Source: Ignavibacteriota bacterium (GTDB lineage: Bacteria > Bacteroidota > Ignavibacteria > UBA10030 > UBA6906). Taken from it: a stretch of DNA of 64,000 nt. Shown in pieces: positions 1 through 10,367 of the stretch. Both the position numbers and the translations under genes were made by a program. The notes below the pieces were generated by a model. It saw only the letters and a program-made list of their open reading frames with translations, had not been told where the DNA came from and made no database searches. Location of the stretch: contig CAWDEM010000004.1 of NCBI GenBank assembly GCA_963801355.1, positions 640,001 to 704,000 of the forward strand, in the 5' to 3' direction. Within the stretch, counting starts at the first letter, position 1. Every line of letters begins with the position of its first letter.

Positions 1-158
1 TGGACAAAGAGTTCGCGGTTGTGGATCTTGCATCCCAGCACGCGTTGGAGGCGCCGGACCGTCGGGGGATCCAGATCAGCCGGGAGGGGTTCCTCATCGT
101 CAAGCCGCGCCCCGCGGAGGCGGGGGACGATTTTCCGTATAAGGGACTTCAGCGGCAC
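1..158 (-). CDS. rnc: Ribonuclease III, N-terminal part (runs off the window start)
   Basis: Manual translation from GTG at 158 gives MPLKSLIRK...RRLQRVLGCKIHNRELFVQ, resembling the RNase III N-terminal LxxxLGxxFxNxxL pattern. It lies directly downstream of fabF, a common gene order. Not in the ORF track because it is truncated. Confidence 0.7.
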   Translation of the reverse strand, partial: MPLKSLIRKIVPRLRGARLDDEEPLPADLDPPTVRRLQRVLGCKIHNRELFV

Positions 159-168
159 GTGAGACCGG

Positions 169-1425
169 CTATTCCAGGGGGTATCTTTTGAAGAGCAACG
201 ATGCGTTGTGGCCGCCGAAACCGAATGTATTGCTCAGGCCGTGGCGGAGTGTCTTCTGCACCGGCACATTGGGCGTATAGTTGAGATCACAGGCCGGATC
301 GGGTGTCTCATAATTGATGGTTGGCGGGATTCTTCCCAACCGCAGGGCCAGAATGGTGGCAATGGCTTCCACTGCGCCGGCGGCGCCGAGGAGGTGCCCC
401 GTCATGGACTTGGTGGAGCTGACGTTGAGCGCGTACGCATGATCACCGAACACCGTCTTGATCGCCTGTGATTCACTTGCATCATTCAGCTGTGTCGAAG
501 TGCCGTGCGCGTTGATGTAGTCCACCTGGTCGGGTGTGATGCCGGCGTCGTTGATGGCGCGACGCATGGATCGGACTGCACCCTCGCCCCCTTCAGAAGG
601 GGCGGTAATATGATGGGCGTCAGCAGTGAATCCCAAGCCGACGATTTCGGCATAGATGTTTTTTGCACCGCGTTTCAGGGCGAACTCAAGCTCTTCCAGC
701 ATGAGTGCACCGCCGCCTTCCCCAATAACAAAGCCGTCGCGACCCGCATCGAACGGCCGGCTGGCTTTTTCCGGAGCATCGTTCCGGGAAGAGAGTGCCT
801 TCATGTTGTCGAACCCGCCAAGCCCCATTGGTGTAATCGGTGCTTCCGATCCTCCGCACAGCATCGCATCGGCATCGCCATATTGAATGATCCGGTACGC
901 ATCGCCGATCGCGTGCGAGGCGGTCGCACAGGCCGAAACGGTGGCATAGTTCGGCCCCTTGAAACCATGTTTGATGGAAATGTTTCCTGCTGCGATGTCC
1001 GGTATCAGCATCGGGATGAAAAACGGGCTGATGCGGCGCGGACCGCCCTCCATGTAATTCGTAAACTGGGCGTCATAGGTGATCATTCCACCGATGCCTG
1101 ACCCGTAGACCACACCAATGCGGTCGGGATCAGTATCCTTTGCCAGAAGACCCGAATCGAGAACGGCCATGTCGGCAGTGATGACGGCGTACTGGGAAAA
1201 CGGATCCATCCGTTGCGAGGCCTTCCGGTCCAGGAAGTCCATCGCTTTGAACCCCTTGAGCTCACACCCGAAGCGGGTTCCATACGCCGCCGTGTCAAAA
1301 CGGGTGATGGGAGCCGCACCGCTGCGTCCGCTCATCATCGAGGCCCAAAAATCCTCGACATTGAGCCCGACCGGCGACAAAACCCCCATACCTGTGACAA
1401 CCACTCTGCGATTGCCGTTCTTCAT
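169..1425 (-). CDS. fabF: 3-oxoacyl-ACP synthase II
   Basis: RRVVVTGMG start, SACAT active-site Cys, [25 protein letters not shown]. Confidence 0.97.
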   Translation of the reverse strand: MKNGNRRVVVTGMGVLSPVGLNVEDFWASMMSGRSGAAPITRFDTAAYGTRFGCELKGFKAMDFLDRKASQRMDPFSQYAVITADMAVLDSGLLAKDTDPDRIGVVYGSGIGGMITYDAQFTNYMEGGPRRISPFFIPMLIPDIAAGNISIKHGFKGPNYATVSACATASHAIGDAYRIIQYGDADAMLCGGSEAPITPMGLGGFDNMKALSSRNDAPEKASRPFDAGRDGFVIGEGGGALMLEELEFALKRGAKNIYAEIVGLGFTADAHHITAPSEGGEGAVRSMRRAINDAGITPDQVDYINAHGTSTQLNDASESQAIKTVFGDHAYALNVSSTKSMTGHLLGAAGAVEAIATILALRLGRIPPTINYETPDPACDLNYTPNVPVQKTLRHGLSNTFGFGGHNASLLFKRYPLE

Positions 1426-1494
1426 ACAGTGATCCGTTCAATACCTGCGATTCGTCTCTCCCGGCCGCACTGGGACGGGTCAGAAAGTATAAAG

Positions 1495-1731
1495 TTAGGC
1501 TTGTTTTCCCTGGATGTACTTGATGGCATCGCCAACCGTGGAGATCTTCTCGGCATCCTCGTCCGGGATCTGGAGGTTAAAGGCCTTCTCAAACTCCATC
1601 ACGAGCTCCACCGTGTCGAGAGAATCGGCGCCCAGGTCGTTCGTGAAAGACGCCGCCGGGGTTACCTGTCCCTCGTCCACGCCAAGCTTGTTCATGATGA
1701 TTTCCTTTACCTTAGCCTCAATGTCTGCCAT
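1495..1731 (-). CDS. acpP: Acyl carrier protein
   Basis: [14 protein letters not shown] phosphopantetheine motif, 78 aa, acidic. Confidence 0.98.
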   Translation of the reverse strand: MADIEAKVKEIIMNKLGVDEGQVTPAASFTNDLGADSLDTVELVMEFEKAFNLQIPDEDAEKISTVGDAIKYIQGKQA

Positions 1732-1791
1732 GACGCGACCTCCTGTATGATGATGGAAAAAGTATATGTCTTCAGCGTTTGGAATGCATGC

Positions 1792-2538
1792 TCACATCGT
1801 CAGGCCACCGTCGATGGCAAGAACCTGGCCGGTAATATAGTCGGCCCGTGACGACGCAAGGAATGTGACAACTCCGGCAATTTCGTCCGGAGTACAGCCC
1901 CTCTTCAGAGGGATGACGTTCAGGAAAGCCGCCCGTGCCTCCTGGCTGAGGGCCGCGGTCATTTCGGTCTCAACATAGCCCGGTGCAATGGCGTTGACCG
2001 TGATGTTCCGCGATGCCAGTTCTTTTGCCGCCGACTTCGTCAAACCAATGAGCCCTGCTTTCGATGCCGAGTAGTTGGCCTGGCCGGCATTCCCCATCAG
2101 CCCAACCACCGAACTCACGTTGATGATCTTCCCCTTCCGTTGCCGCATCATCACCTTGCTGACCGCACGGGTCATGATGAACGACCCTTTCAGGTTCACC
2201 TTCAGGACAATGTCCCAGTCGTCGTCCGTCATCCGCATCATGAGCTTGTCGCGTGTGATGCCGGCATTATTGACGAGAACATCAATCCGTCCGAGTTCGG
2301 CGGCGACCTCTTCGCAGGCTTTTTCCGCTGACGGCGTATCAGTGATGTCCAGGGATTTTTGGACGATCTTGCGCCCCATTCCTTTGATCGTTTCGGCAAA
2401 GCCCGGGAAATCATCCGGGAAGGCCCTGTCGAAAATTGCAACATGAGCGCCTTCGGAGGCAAGATCCCTGGCAATGGCCCGGCCGATGCCGCGCCCACCG
2501 CCCGTTACGATGGCAACCTGGTCTCGAAGCAGATCCAT
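1792..2538 (-). CDS. fabG: 3-oxoacyl-ACP reductase
   Basis: TGGGRGIG, NNAGITRD, YSASK SDR motifs; fab operon context. Confidence 0.96.
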   Translation of the reverse strand: MDLLRDQVAIVTGGGRGIGRAIARDLASEGAHVAIFDRAFPDDFPGFAETIKGMGRKIVQKSLDITDTPSAEKACEEVAAELGRIDVLVNNAGITRDKLMMRMTDDDWDIVLKVNLKGSFIMTRAVSKVMMRQRKGKIINVSSVVGLMGNAGQANYSASKAGLIGLTKSAAKELASRNITVNAIAPGYVETEMTAALSQEARAAFLNVIPLKRGCTPDEIAGVVTFLASSRADYITGQVLAIDGGLTM

Positions 2539-2574
2539 GCAATCCCTGGATTCGGTGGCAAAACGCGTAAGCAG

Positions 2575-3177
2575 CTAAATATTGCTAGAACTCTTCTCTT
2601 TTGCAAGCCCTTGATAGTATGCCTCCAGCCGGGCATAGCCATCCTCCCCCAGGAGGTGCACTAATTCCGACTTGCAGGCCCGAAAAAGGGGTATCTCATG
2701 ACTTTCACCAATCGAACAACAGGGCTTTTCGTCCTGCAACATGGGGTCAAATCCCACTACCGCATCCGATATTTCGATCGGGTAGAGGATGCAGTAGAGA
2801 GGTTTCCATGCCCAGCGGTCCAGGCCTTCTGCAACCGCGGCGAGCTGGATCGAACAATGCCCTCGCGCGTTGAGAAAGGCACACTTGTCGTTTACGATCG
2901 ATGTACCAACGCAGTGTCCCGACGGAAAATCTGCATCTTCCTGGATGTTCTCTTCGAACCAGAGGTTTTCATCCCTCGTCTGTGTCTCGTCCATGTGCGG
3001 CTTGATCTTTTCCTTCAGGGAAAGGATCTTCGCACGCTCTTCAAGATCGGCATGCACGCCGCCGGCGCAGCAGTCGGAAGAGCACATACATGGCCCTCCG
3101 CCGGTCCTGTACCCGCGGAGGAAGAGCTCCGGCGAAAAGGTCAAGCCCTTAACGGTGAATCCTTCCTGTTGGCTCAT
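2575..3177 (-). CDS. DUF3109-like Cys-rich protein (possible Zn/Fe-S binder)
   Basis: CMCSSDCC, KCAFL..GHCSIQ, WKPLYCILYPI pattern; overlaps the fabD stop. Confidence 0.7.
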   Translation of the reverse strand: MSQQEGFTVKGLTFSPELFLRGYRTGGGPCMCSSDCCAGGVHADLEERAKILSLKEKIKPHMDETQTRDENLWFEENIQEDADFPSGHCVGTSIVNDKCAFLNARGHCSIQLAAVAEGLDRWAWKPLYCILYPIEISDAVVGFDPMLQDEKPCCSIGESHEIPLFRACKSELVHLLGEDGYARLEAYYQGLAKEKSSSNI

Positions 3178-4097
3178 GTCCCGGCCTCAAGCGTTTCAAC
3201 ATCAGCATACTTGTCAACACCCGACGTCTTCACATCGGCGTTGGTCCTTTTGATCAGGCCCTGGAGTACCTTGCCGGGCCCGATCTCGATAAACCTGTCC
3301 GCTCCATCGCGCACCATATTCCGCACTGTCTGTTCCCATCGTACCGGGTGTGTTAACTGGCGCACCAGGAGCTCCCGGATGTCCGACGACCTGGTGACCG
3401 GCTCGGCGGTGACGTTCGCATACACGGGGATGCGCGCATCGTTGATGGTCGTGCTCTCCAGGGCGGTTTTGAGGCCCTCGCGCGCTGATTCCATGAGGGG
3501 AGAATGGAATGCCCCGCTGACAACCAGCTCTTTTGCGATCTTTGCTCCTTTTCGACGGGAAATCTCCATCGCATTCCGAACACCCTCCACCGAGCCGGAG
3601 ATGACAATCTGTCCGGGAGAATTGAAATTCGCCGGCTGGACGATGCCTGCCGAGGATGCTTCGCGGCAGAGTGCTTCTACGGCATCCGGGTCGAGCCCCA
3701 CGATGGCTGCCATTGTGCCCTTCTGCTGCTCGCCCGCGCGCTGCATGAGTTCCCCTCGGAGCCTCACGAGGCGGAGGCCGTCTTCAAAAGAGAGGGCTTC
3801 CGCCGCGACAAGTGCTGAATACTCTCCCAGCGAATGTCCCGCGACCATGGCAGGAGGGAAGGCTCTAAGCGTGCGCACGGCCACCATGCTATGCAGGAAT
3901 ATCGCGGGTTGTGTATTCCGGGTTTGACGGAGTTCGTCCTCCGGACCCGCAAAGCAGATCGTGCTCAGAGGTACGCCGGTGATTGCATCGGCGGACGAAA
4001 TCATTTCGCGTGCGCCGGGTGCCGTGTCATAGAAATCCCGTGCCATTCCCACGTACTGCGATCCCTGGCCGGGAAAGACATAAGCGATCGTTGCCAT
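3174..4097 (-). CDS. fabD: Malonyl-CoA:ACP transacylase
   Basis: FPGQGSQ, GHSLGEY, VSGAFHS. Confidence 0.97.
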   Translation of the reverse strand: MATIAYVFPGQGSQYVGMARDFYDTAPGAREMISSADAITGVPLSTICFAGPEDELRQTRNTQPAIFLHSMVAVRTLRAFPPAMVAGHSLGEYSALVAAEALSFEDGLRLVRLRGELMQRAGEQQKGTMAAIVGLDPDAVEALCREASSAGIVQPANFNSPGQIVISGSVEGVRNAMEISRRKGAKIAKELVVSGAFHSPLMESAREGLKTALESTTINDARIPVYANVTAEPVTRSSDIRELLVRQLTHPVRWEQTVRNMVRDGADRFIEIGPGKVLQGLIKRTNADVKTSGVDKYADVETLEAGT

Positions 4098-4112
4098 TGA
4101 GTTCTTGGGGAG

Positions 4113-5117
4113 TTATGCCGCGTTGTCGACTGTCCAGCGAAGAAGAACAGATCCCCAGGTAAAACCGGCGCCGAAGGCTGCCAGGACCAGGGTTTGGCCT
4201 TTCCGAAGTTTGCCCGCCTGCCACCACTCGGATAGGCACAGGGGAATTGTTGCCGCGGTCGTATTGCCGTATTTGTTGATGTTGATCATGATTTTTGACT
4301 TGTCCAGCCCCATCCGGTGCCCGGTTGCATCGATGATGCGGAGGTTCGCCTGGTGAGGAACTAGCCAGTCGACATCCTTGCCGGTAAGATGATTGCGCTC
4401 GACAAGTTCGGCGGCGACATCGGCCATTCCCACCACCGCGAACTTGAACACAGCCTTACCGTCCTGGTAAATATAGTGCATCTTCTTGTCGACGGTCTCG
4501 TGTGTCGACGGATGGAGAGAGCCGCCGCCGCGCATGTGGAGCACCTCTTCGCCGCTGCCGTCGCACCGCAGGATATGGTCGAGGATGCCGGCATCCGGCT
4601 GGTCTGTGGCCTCGAGCATCACTGCGCCGGCGGCATCGCCGAACAGGATGCAATTATTGCGGTCCGTGTAGTCGGTGATAGAGGTCATCTTGTCGGCGCC
4701 GACAACGACGACACGCTTATACGAGCCGTTTTCCACGAATTGGGCGCCCGTGACGAGCGCAAAAAGAAATCCCGAGCATGCCGCCGACAGATCAAATCCG
4801 AACGCATTCTTCGCGTGCACTTTTTCCTGGATGAGGCAGGCGGTGGACGGGAAAAACATGTCCGGGGTGACGGTGGCGACAATGATCAGATCGATGTCGC
4901 CGGCCGACAGGCCGCGATTCTTCAGCATCGCCTCTACCGCAGCGGCCCCCAGGTCCGACGTCGCCCCGTGCTCGAGAACTCTCCGCTCGCTGATCCCTGT
5001 CCGGGTACGTATCCATTCGTCGTTCGTGTCAACGAGCTTTTCGAGATCCCTGTTGGAAAGCACCTTTTCGGGCACATAGTGTCCGACAGCTGTAATCGTT
5101 GCCCTGAGCTTACTCAT
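4113..5117 (-). CDS. fabH: 3-oxoacyl-ACP synthase III
   Basis: AACSGF, HQANLRI, YGNTTAA; start adjusted to ATG 5117. Confidence 0.97.
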   Translation of the reverse strand: MSKLRATITAVGHYVPEKVLSNRDLEKLVDTNDEWIRTRTGISERRVLEHGATSDLGAAAVEAMLKNRGLSAGDIDLIIVATVTPDMFFPSTACLIQEKVHAKNAFGFDLSAACSGFLFALVTGAQFVENGSYKRVVVVGADKMTSITDYTDRNNCILFGDAAGAVMLEATDQPDAGILDHILRCDGSGEEVLHMRGGGSLHPSTHETVDKKMHYIYQDGKAVFKFAVVGMADVAAELVERNHLTGKDVDWLVPHQANLRIIDATGHRMGLDKSKIMININKYGNTTAATIPLCLSEWWQAGKLRKGQTLVLAAFGAGFTWGSVLLRWTVDNAA

Positions 5118-6153
5118 TGATGCTCGCAAGTGACTCCTGGATATTCTTGTTCACGGCCTTCACCACCATTTCTTCGGCTCGATAGATCATGTTCTTGAAG
5201 GCCCGGGGGGTGGATTTGCCGTGTCCGATAATTGCGACCCCGTTCACACCAAGCAAGGGCACTCCGCCGTGTTCCTGATAGTCCAGATCCTTCATCACAC
5301 GCCGGAGCGCATTGCGGACCAGCAGACCCATGACTTTGTTGGTAACACTGACTTCAGCGAACGCCTTGAACTTGGTCTTCAAGAAATGGGGAAAGCTTTC
5401 CCCGAATTTCAGCAGAATGTTCCCGACAAAGCCGTCGCACACGATCACATCCAGGTCACCGCTGAAGATATCGCGTCCTTCGACGTTTCCCACGAAATTG
5501 AGACCGCTCTTGCGGAGCAATTTCAAGGCGGCGACACTGGCTTCGTTTCCTTTGCTGTCCTCCTCGCCGATACTGAGCAAGCCGACCCGCGGGTTCGGGA
5601 TGTTCTGTGACGCCGAAATGTACTTCGAGCCCATGACGGCGAATTCCAGAAGATGCTGCGGACGGCAATCCACATTGGCGCCCGCATCCACCAGAAGACA
5701 CGGCGACTTGGCTGTTGGAACGAGCGCGCCGATCGTCGGCCGGCCGATGCCGTGGATCCGGCCCAGGATCAGGGTTGCTGCGGAGAGGACCGCCCCTGTG
5801 TTCCCGGCACTGACGAACGCATCTGCCTTGCCGTCTTTCTGAAGATGCAGCCCGACACCGATTGAGGATTTGCGTTTGGTCTTCAGTGCAGCGTTGGGGA
5901 GGTCATGCATATCGATGATCTCCGGCGCATGCACGATGTCGTATGACCCCGAGGGAGGAGTGAACGCCGCGGAATGCCGGCTGTATTCACGCAGGGAGGC
6001 GCGAATCGTATCCTCCGGTCCGACGAAGATCAGATGGAGCCGATCGCCCGATTCGTGAATGGCTTCACATGCCCCGGCTACGACGTTGGCCGGAGCATAA
6101 TCTCCCCCCATCGCGTCCACTGCAATCCTGATCTGGTTTTCCCTGGACTTCAC
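5110..6153 (-). CDS. plsX: Phosphate acyltransferase PlsX
   Basis: IAVDAMGGD, SAGNTGA, DGFVGN, GHGKS; probable GTG start at 6153 avoids overlap with rpmF. Confidence 0.95.
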   Translation of the reverse strand: MKSRENQIRIAVDAMGGDYAPANVVAGACEAIHESGDRLHLIFVGPEDTIRASLREYSRHSAAFTPPSGSYDIVHAPEIIDMHDLPNAALKTKRKSSIGVGLHLQKDGKADAFVSAGNTGAVLSAATLILGRIHGIGRPTIGALVPTAKSPCLLVDAGANVDCRPQHLLEFAVMGSKYISASQNIPNPRVGLLSIGEEDSKGNEASVAALKLLRKSGLNFVGNVEGRDIFSGDLDVIVCDGFVGNILLKFGESFPHFLKTKFKAFAEVSVTNKVMGLLVRNALRRVMKDLDYQEHGGVPLLGVNGVAIIGHGKSTPRAFKNMIYRAEEMVVKAVNKNIQESLASINE

Positions 6154-6182
6154 GAGACGGTGGTCGTCGCTGTTCGTGCAGT

Positions 6183-6365
6183 TTACGAAGTCTTTGGAAC
6201 GACAATCGACCTGCCATTGTAGAAGCCGCAATTAGGGCAGGCTCTGTGCGATAGCCGCTGCGAGTGGCAGTTCGGGCATTCGGAGAGAGTGGGCAATACG
6301 GCTTTGTAGTGCGTACGCCTCTTGCGGCCGCGCGTCTTCGAATGGCGTCGTTTCGGATTCGGCAT
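6183..6365 (-). CDS. rpmF: 50S ribosomal protein L32
   Basis: [12 protein letters not shown], two CPNC zinc knuckles. Confidence 0.97.
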   Translation of the reverse strand: MPNPKRRHSKTRGRKRRTHYKAVLPTLSECPNCHSQRLSHRACPNCGFYNGRSIVVPKTS

Positions 6366-6399
6366 AGCGGAAAATCTCCTTGGTTACGGTACACGCAAT

Positions 6400-6903
6400 T
6401 CAGTTGTGTTTTCCCCCGAGTTCGCGCAAAGGCGCCCAGCGGGCATCCAGCGTTTCGGGGGAACAGCTGCATGACTCTTTGTTCAGATCGGCCCCGCAAC
6501 GGGGGCACAACCCCCTGCATTCATCCTTGCACAAGAGCTTCAACGGTACTGCCAGGAGAACCGTCTGTCGGACGTCCTCCGCCAGATCTATTGCCGGGAG
6601 CCCCGGCGGGATCACCTGAACCTGGGAAGGATCCTGAAGTTCGACGTCCCGGGGATCCCATACGTAATACATCCGGAAGGGGGCCCGCAACGCGAGAGAA
6701 AACGGACTCGTGCAGCGATCACAGGGAAACATCCCCTGTGCGCGCACGTCCGCATCCACATACAACTGCTTTCCGGATTTCTCCAGCATCACGTCAACCT
6801 CGACCTCCCCGCTGAATTCCTTCCCGAGGTCGACGTCCGTCACGGGTTCGCGGAAGCTGAAATGATGAACACCTTCCGAGAGTCCGGCAATCTGTATTTT
6901 CAT
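6400..6903 (-). CDS. yceD: YceD/DUF177 family protein
   Basis: CDRC ... LCKDECRGLCPRCGADLN...DARW; upstream of rpmF. Confidence 0.92.
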   Translation of the reverse strand: MKIQIAGLSEGVHHFSFREPVTDVDLGKEFSGEVEVDVMLEKSGKQLYVDADVRAQGMFPCDRCTSPFSLALRAPFRMYYVWDPRDVELQDPSQVQVIPPGLPAIDLAEDVRQTVLLAVPLKLLCKDECRGLCPRCGADLNKESCSCSPETLDARWAPLRELGGKHN

Positions 6904-6921
6904 TGCTCTTCACCAAACAAT

Positions 6922-6946
6922 CAAATGGGGCCCATGGCCCCATTTG
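6922..6946. repeat. Perfect 11-bp inverted repeat in the yceD leader
   Basis: caaatggggcc-cat-ggccccatttg. Confidence 0.8.
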
Positions 6947-6970
6947 TCAAGTGAACCGAAAAAGTACGAC

Positions 6971-6999
6971 AATATAGCCACAAATACCCTGAGAGTCAA
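6971..6999 (-). promoter_or_regulatory. sigma70-like promoter for the yceD-rpmF-plsX-fab operon
   Basis: Minus strand TTGACT-17 bp-TATATT, about 70 bp upstream of yceD. Confidence 0.65.
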
Positions 7000-7082
7000 C
7001 CAATGCCGCACCGGTCCCCGCACCCGGAAAGGGGCACATCGCTACCATGTTGTCTCCGGGGCAATCCTCCGGGCCGGCGTGA

Positions 7083-7358
7083 TCACGCCCCGGGAACTGC
7101 GGCTCCCTGGTGCTCCAGCAGGTTGGTCTGCACATGTTCTACGGTCTCCGCCAACGCCTCCCGGAACTTCTCAAAATCCTCTTTATACAGGAAGATTTTG
7201 TGCTTCTCGTACTCATCATCACCTACCCGCTTGCTCTCGGTGATGGTGATATAGAAATCCTTTTCGGACTTGGTCGATTTGACGTCGAAGAAATACGTGC
7301 GTTTGCCGGCCCTCACACGTTTCGTGAAGATTTCATCTTTGTAGCCGTCGTTCTCCAA
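7083..7358 (-). CDS. DUF3276 / PUR-like nucleic-acid-binding protein
   Basis: IFTKRVRAGKRTYFFDVK...YITITESK...HKIFLYKEDF; TTG start at 7358 preceded by AGGAGGA. Confidence 0.85.
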   Translation of the reverse strand: MENDGYKDEIFTKRVRAGKRTYFFDVKSTKSEKDFYITITESKRVGDDEYEKHKIFLYKEDFEKFREALAETVEHVQTNLLEHQGAAVPGA

Positions 7359-7434
7359 GTGAGTCCTCCTCGCAGAGAGAGTTGTTGGTGGATGAAGACT
7401 TGGGTTGTCCGGCGGATGTGCCGGTTCCGTGGCG

Positions 7435-9708
7435 TCAGTGTTTGATAACGGCGACTTTGCCGTTTGCCACAGCGCTTCCATCTTCTGAATAAGTGACAAT
7501 AAGGTATACTCCAGATGATACATCGTTGCCGTTGTTGTCTCTGCCGTCCCAGAATCCTACGAGTCCGCCCGGCGTCCGCACGTCGCGGATGACGGTGCCA
7601 TCCATGGTCATGATCTTCATGGAAGAATTCTCCACCAGGCCGCTCACCGTCATCTGGGTGGCGGCGGGGATATGGAAGGGATTCGGGTAAATTGTCAAAC
7701 CATCAAATGACGCCCTCGGGGCTGCCGCGGCAGTGGTGAGGCTGGCCAGCCCGTACGCGGTACCGAAGTACACCGTGCCGGACTTGCCGTCGACGGCGAT
7801 GGACTTCACGTCGTTGTCCATCAGTTTTCCCGCGGTGTTATCCACGGTATAGGATTCTATGGTGCGGGTGCCGTCGGAGGTCAGGAGAAACACACCCTCG
7901 GTGGTGCCGACCCATTTCTGATTGAGTGGATCGACGGCAATCGTGTTGATCACCAGTCCATTCAGAGGCCTGTAGGCGGCAACACCTCCCGTCCGGCGGG
8001 GGTTGGAGGGATCGAGAATGATGGCGATGCCGCGGTCCGTCCCCACCCAGACATCGTTATCGCGGTCCACGACGATGGTCTTGACTTCGTTGCTCGGCAG
8101 ACCGTCCGTGCTTGAGAGCAGGAATGCCGACGTACTGTCGATGGTGCCGCTGTTGCCGAGCGACAGAACGCCACGGTAGGCAGGATCGCGAACGGTCATC
8201 CAGATATTGTCAAAGGCATCGACGGCAAGGCAACGGTCCACCGGACGATCCATGAGATTCGTGAGCTTCACGCCGCTCACGGTCACCGGGAAGAACTTCC
8301 ATGTGCCCCCGGGCTGCCGTACGATGAGGAGGTTTTTGTCAGCGGCAAGAACAACGGTCATCCAGACGTTGCCCCGGCTGTCACACACGGCGTTGCTCGG
8401 GACCACATAGTTCGGATCGTTGGGAATGCCGATCATGCCGACGTTGCGGCCATAGATCCGCGAAGGGTCGATCTGATTGGAGCCGCGGGGGATTTCCACA
8501 ATGCCGCGGCCATAGGTGCTTGCCCAGACGGACCCGTCGCATCCGATGGACATCCGGTACACTTCGTTTGCCGGCAGGGCGCTGTTGGCGGTCGTGAAGT
8601 TCGTCCACGTCGAACCGTCATACCTGTACAAACCGTATCCGGTGAAATCGCCTGATCCGGCCCAGATCACGCCGTCGGGATCGACAACGATGCTCTGGAA
8701 TGAGCTTCCGTTTGGTCCGTTGGGTGAGTGGGAAATCCAGGATGCGGACAACGTCAACACACCCCCGCCGGTGGACCCGATCACCGCATTCCCGCCCGGA
8801 TCTGCGGCGATAGCGCTTGCCGGGTAGGGAAGTGATTCCCCGATCTGCGTGGCGGACTGTTGTTGGTCCAGCGCGTGCACTGTACGTCCAGCGGTTGCGA
8901 TGAAGAGTGATGCCGGGGAGGCCGCTGTCGCGAGGATGGAATTCGCCGTGGAAACTCCTGCAACCGCAGTCCAACCACCCCCGTCCTCTCTGTAGAGTCC
9001 TGCGCTCGTCCCGGAATAGAGAGCCCCGTTGAACATGGTGAGGGTCCTGGGGACCGTTCCCGGACTCCCGACAACCTGCAGGGTCCACGACTCAGGAGGG
9101 AGAAGATTGGGGTTTGCGAGATCTGCAGATGCGACCGCATTGTTCGTTGTGCCGTCTGAAACGCACGCCCAGAGTCTGCCTGCGTGTATCAGAGCGGCGG
9201 AGACGGCGGTGCGCGTTCCGGCAGGGATGGTGCCGAAACGCGAATACGTATCGCCAAATTCAAATTTGCTCACATGGAAAACCGTCAGCCCAAAATCCGT
9301 GCAGATCAGCGCTGTATCGCCCTGAATGATGATGGCATTGATGCGCTTGTTTGTCTGGTCCCTGGCCATGGCGATGTCGAGGATCGTGCGGATGGAGCCC
9401 GTGGAGGGATCGTAGACATGGATGATCCCGGTGGAGGCACCGGACCAGATATTTCCTGAACCGTCAGCGGCAATCGCGGTGAGATCGATACTGCGCAGCC
9501 CGTCGGCGTTCGTCAGCAATTGGTAGGAGTCGTTGGCAGGGGTCCAATGGAAGAGGCCGCCGGAAGTCGCCGCCCAGAAACCCGAGCCGTCGTTCACGAT
9601 AGCCCGGACATCATACATCGAAGTAAAGTTCTTCCAGATGCCGGTAGCTGCTTGTCCAGTCAGCGCGCCGAGGAGAACCGCCACACATACCACCCACGCA
9701 CGTCTCAT
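7435..9708 (-). CDS. porZ: PorZ-like beta-propeller protein with a C-terminal T9SS-type/FlgD-Ig domain
   Basis: Signal peptide MRRAWVVCVAVLLG, repeated D..G..W.GT..G blades, C-terminal IYPNPF...WDGRD..G..VSSGVY..K.AVIK. Confidence 0.7.
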   Translation of the reverse strand: MRRAWVVCVAVLLGALTGQAATGIWKNFTSMYDVRAIVNDGSGFWAATSGGLFHWTPANDSYQLLTNADGLRSIDLTAIAADGSGNIWSGASTGIIHVYDPSTGSIRTILDIAMARDQTNKRINAIIIQGDTALICTDFGLTVFHVSKFEFGDTYSRFGTIPAGTRTAVSAALIHAGRLWACVSDGTTNNAVASADLANPNLLPPESWTLQVVGSPGTVPRTLTMFNGALYSGTSAGLYREDGGGWTAVAGVSTANSILATAASPASLFIATAGRTVHALDQQQSATQIGESLPYPASAIAADPGGNAVIGSTGGGVLTLSASWISHSPNGPNGSSFQSIVVDPDGVIWAGSGDFTGYGLYRYDGSTWTNFTTANSALPANEVYRMSIGCDGSVWASTYGRGIVEIPRGSNQIDPSRIYGRNVGMIGIPNDPNYVVPSNAVCDSRGNVWMTVVLAADKNLLIVRQPGGTWKFFPVTVSGVKLTNLMDRPVDRCLAVDAFDNIWMTVRDPAYRGVLSLGNSGTIDSTSAFLLSSTDGLPSNEVKTIVVDRDNDVWVGTDRGIAIILDPSNPRRTGGVAAYRPLNGLVINTIAVDPLNQKWVGTTEGVFLLTSDGTRTIESYTVDNTAGKLMDNDVKSIAVDGKSGTVYFGTAYGLASLTTAAAAPRASFDGLTIYPNPFHIPAATQMTVSGLVENSSMKIMTMDGTVIRDVRTPGGLVGFWDGRDNNGNDVSSGVYLIVTYSEDGSAVANGKVAVIKH

Positions 9709-9734
9709 ACGCCGGCCCTCGTGCCTCCCCTCCG

Positions 9735-10205
9735 TTACTTCTTCTTCAATTGAGAATGGACCTGGAGGAGTTCCATGGCGCTCATCGCCGCGTCCCACCC
9801 CTTGTTGCCTGCTTTTGCTCCGGCACGCTCAAGTGCCTGTTCGAGGTTGTCAGTTGTCAGGATGCCAAAACCCACGGGAACGCCGGTCTGGAGCGCGATG
9901 TGGCCGAGCCCGCGTGTGACTTCAGCAGCGAGATAGTCGAAATGGGGGGTTTCGCCCCGGATGATACACCCGAGGCAGATCACGGAATCAAAACGTCCCG
10001 AGCTTGCCATCTTGATTGCGACCTGGGGGATTTCAAAGGAACCCGGGACATAGGCGACGGTGAGCGCTGCATCGGTGCAGCCGTGCCGCGTCAAACAATC
10101 GATGGCGCCGTTGAGCAGCTGGGATGTGACCAGCGAATTGAAACGGCTTACCACGATGCCGAAGGTACGGCCTTCAGCAGAAAGTGTGCCTTGAATGACA
10201 TGCAT
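9735..10205 (-). CDS. ribH: 6,7-dimethyl-8-ribityllumazine synthase
   Basis: IVVSRFN, VPGSFEIP, IRGETPHFDY, AGNKG; ATG 10205 with GAGGA RBS. Confidence 0.96.
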   Translation of the reverse strand: MHVIQGTLSAEGRTFGIVVSRFNSLVTSQLLNGAIDCLTRHGCTDAALTVAYVPGSFEIPQVAIKMASSGRFDSVICLGCIIRGETPHFDYLAAEVTRGLGHIALQTGVPVGFGILTTDNLEQALERAGAKAGNKGWDAAMSAMELLQVHSQLKKK

Positions 10206-10367
10206 GGTTGGATTCCTCATGAGCTCGCGCCGCACAAATCCCGTCGACACCTTCTCGGCAGGGAGACTACACGCCCCCGGCGCCGCAAAGCGCACAAACC
10301 GACATCACTTCCCTATGCAAGGGAATCAGTGAGATACCGGACCGGAGGAGAAAGAACGTGGAATGGG

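Noticed and set aside
2698-3927. Long antisense ORFs (this one, and e.g. 9750-11117, 19158-20366, 26516-27556, 51199-52338)
   Set aside because: They lie opposite well-supported genes and have no recognisable motifs; such shadow ORFs are expected in GC-rich DNA.
10206-10367. Possible FMN riboswitch upstream of ribH
   Set aside because: No RFN consensus segments are visible on the minus strand.
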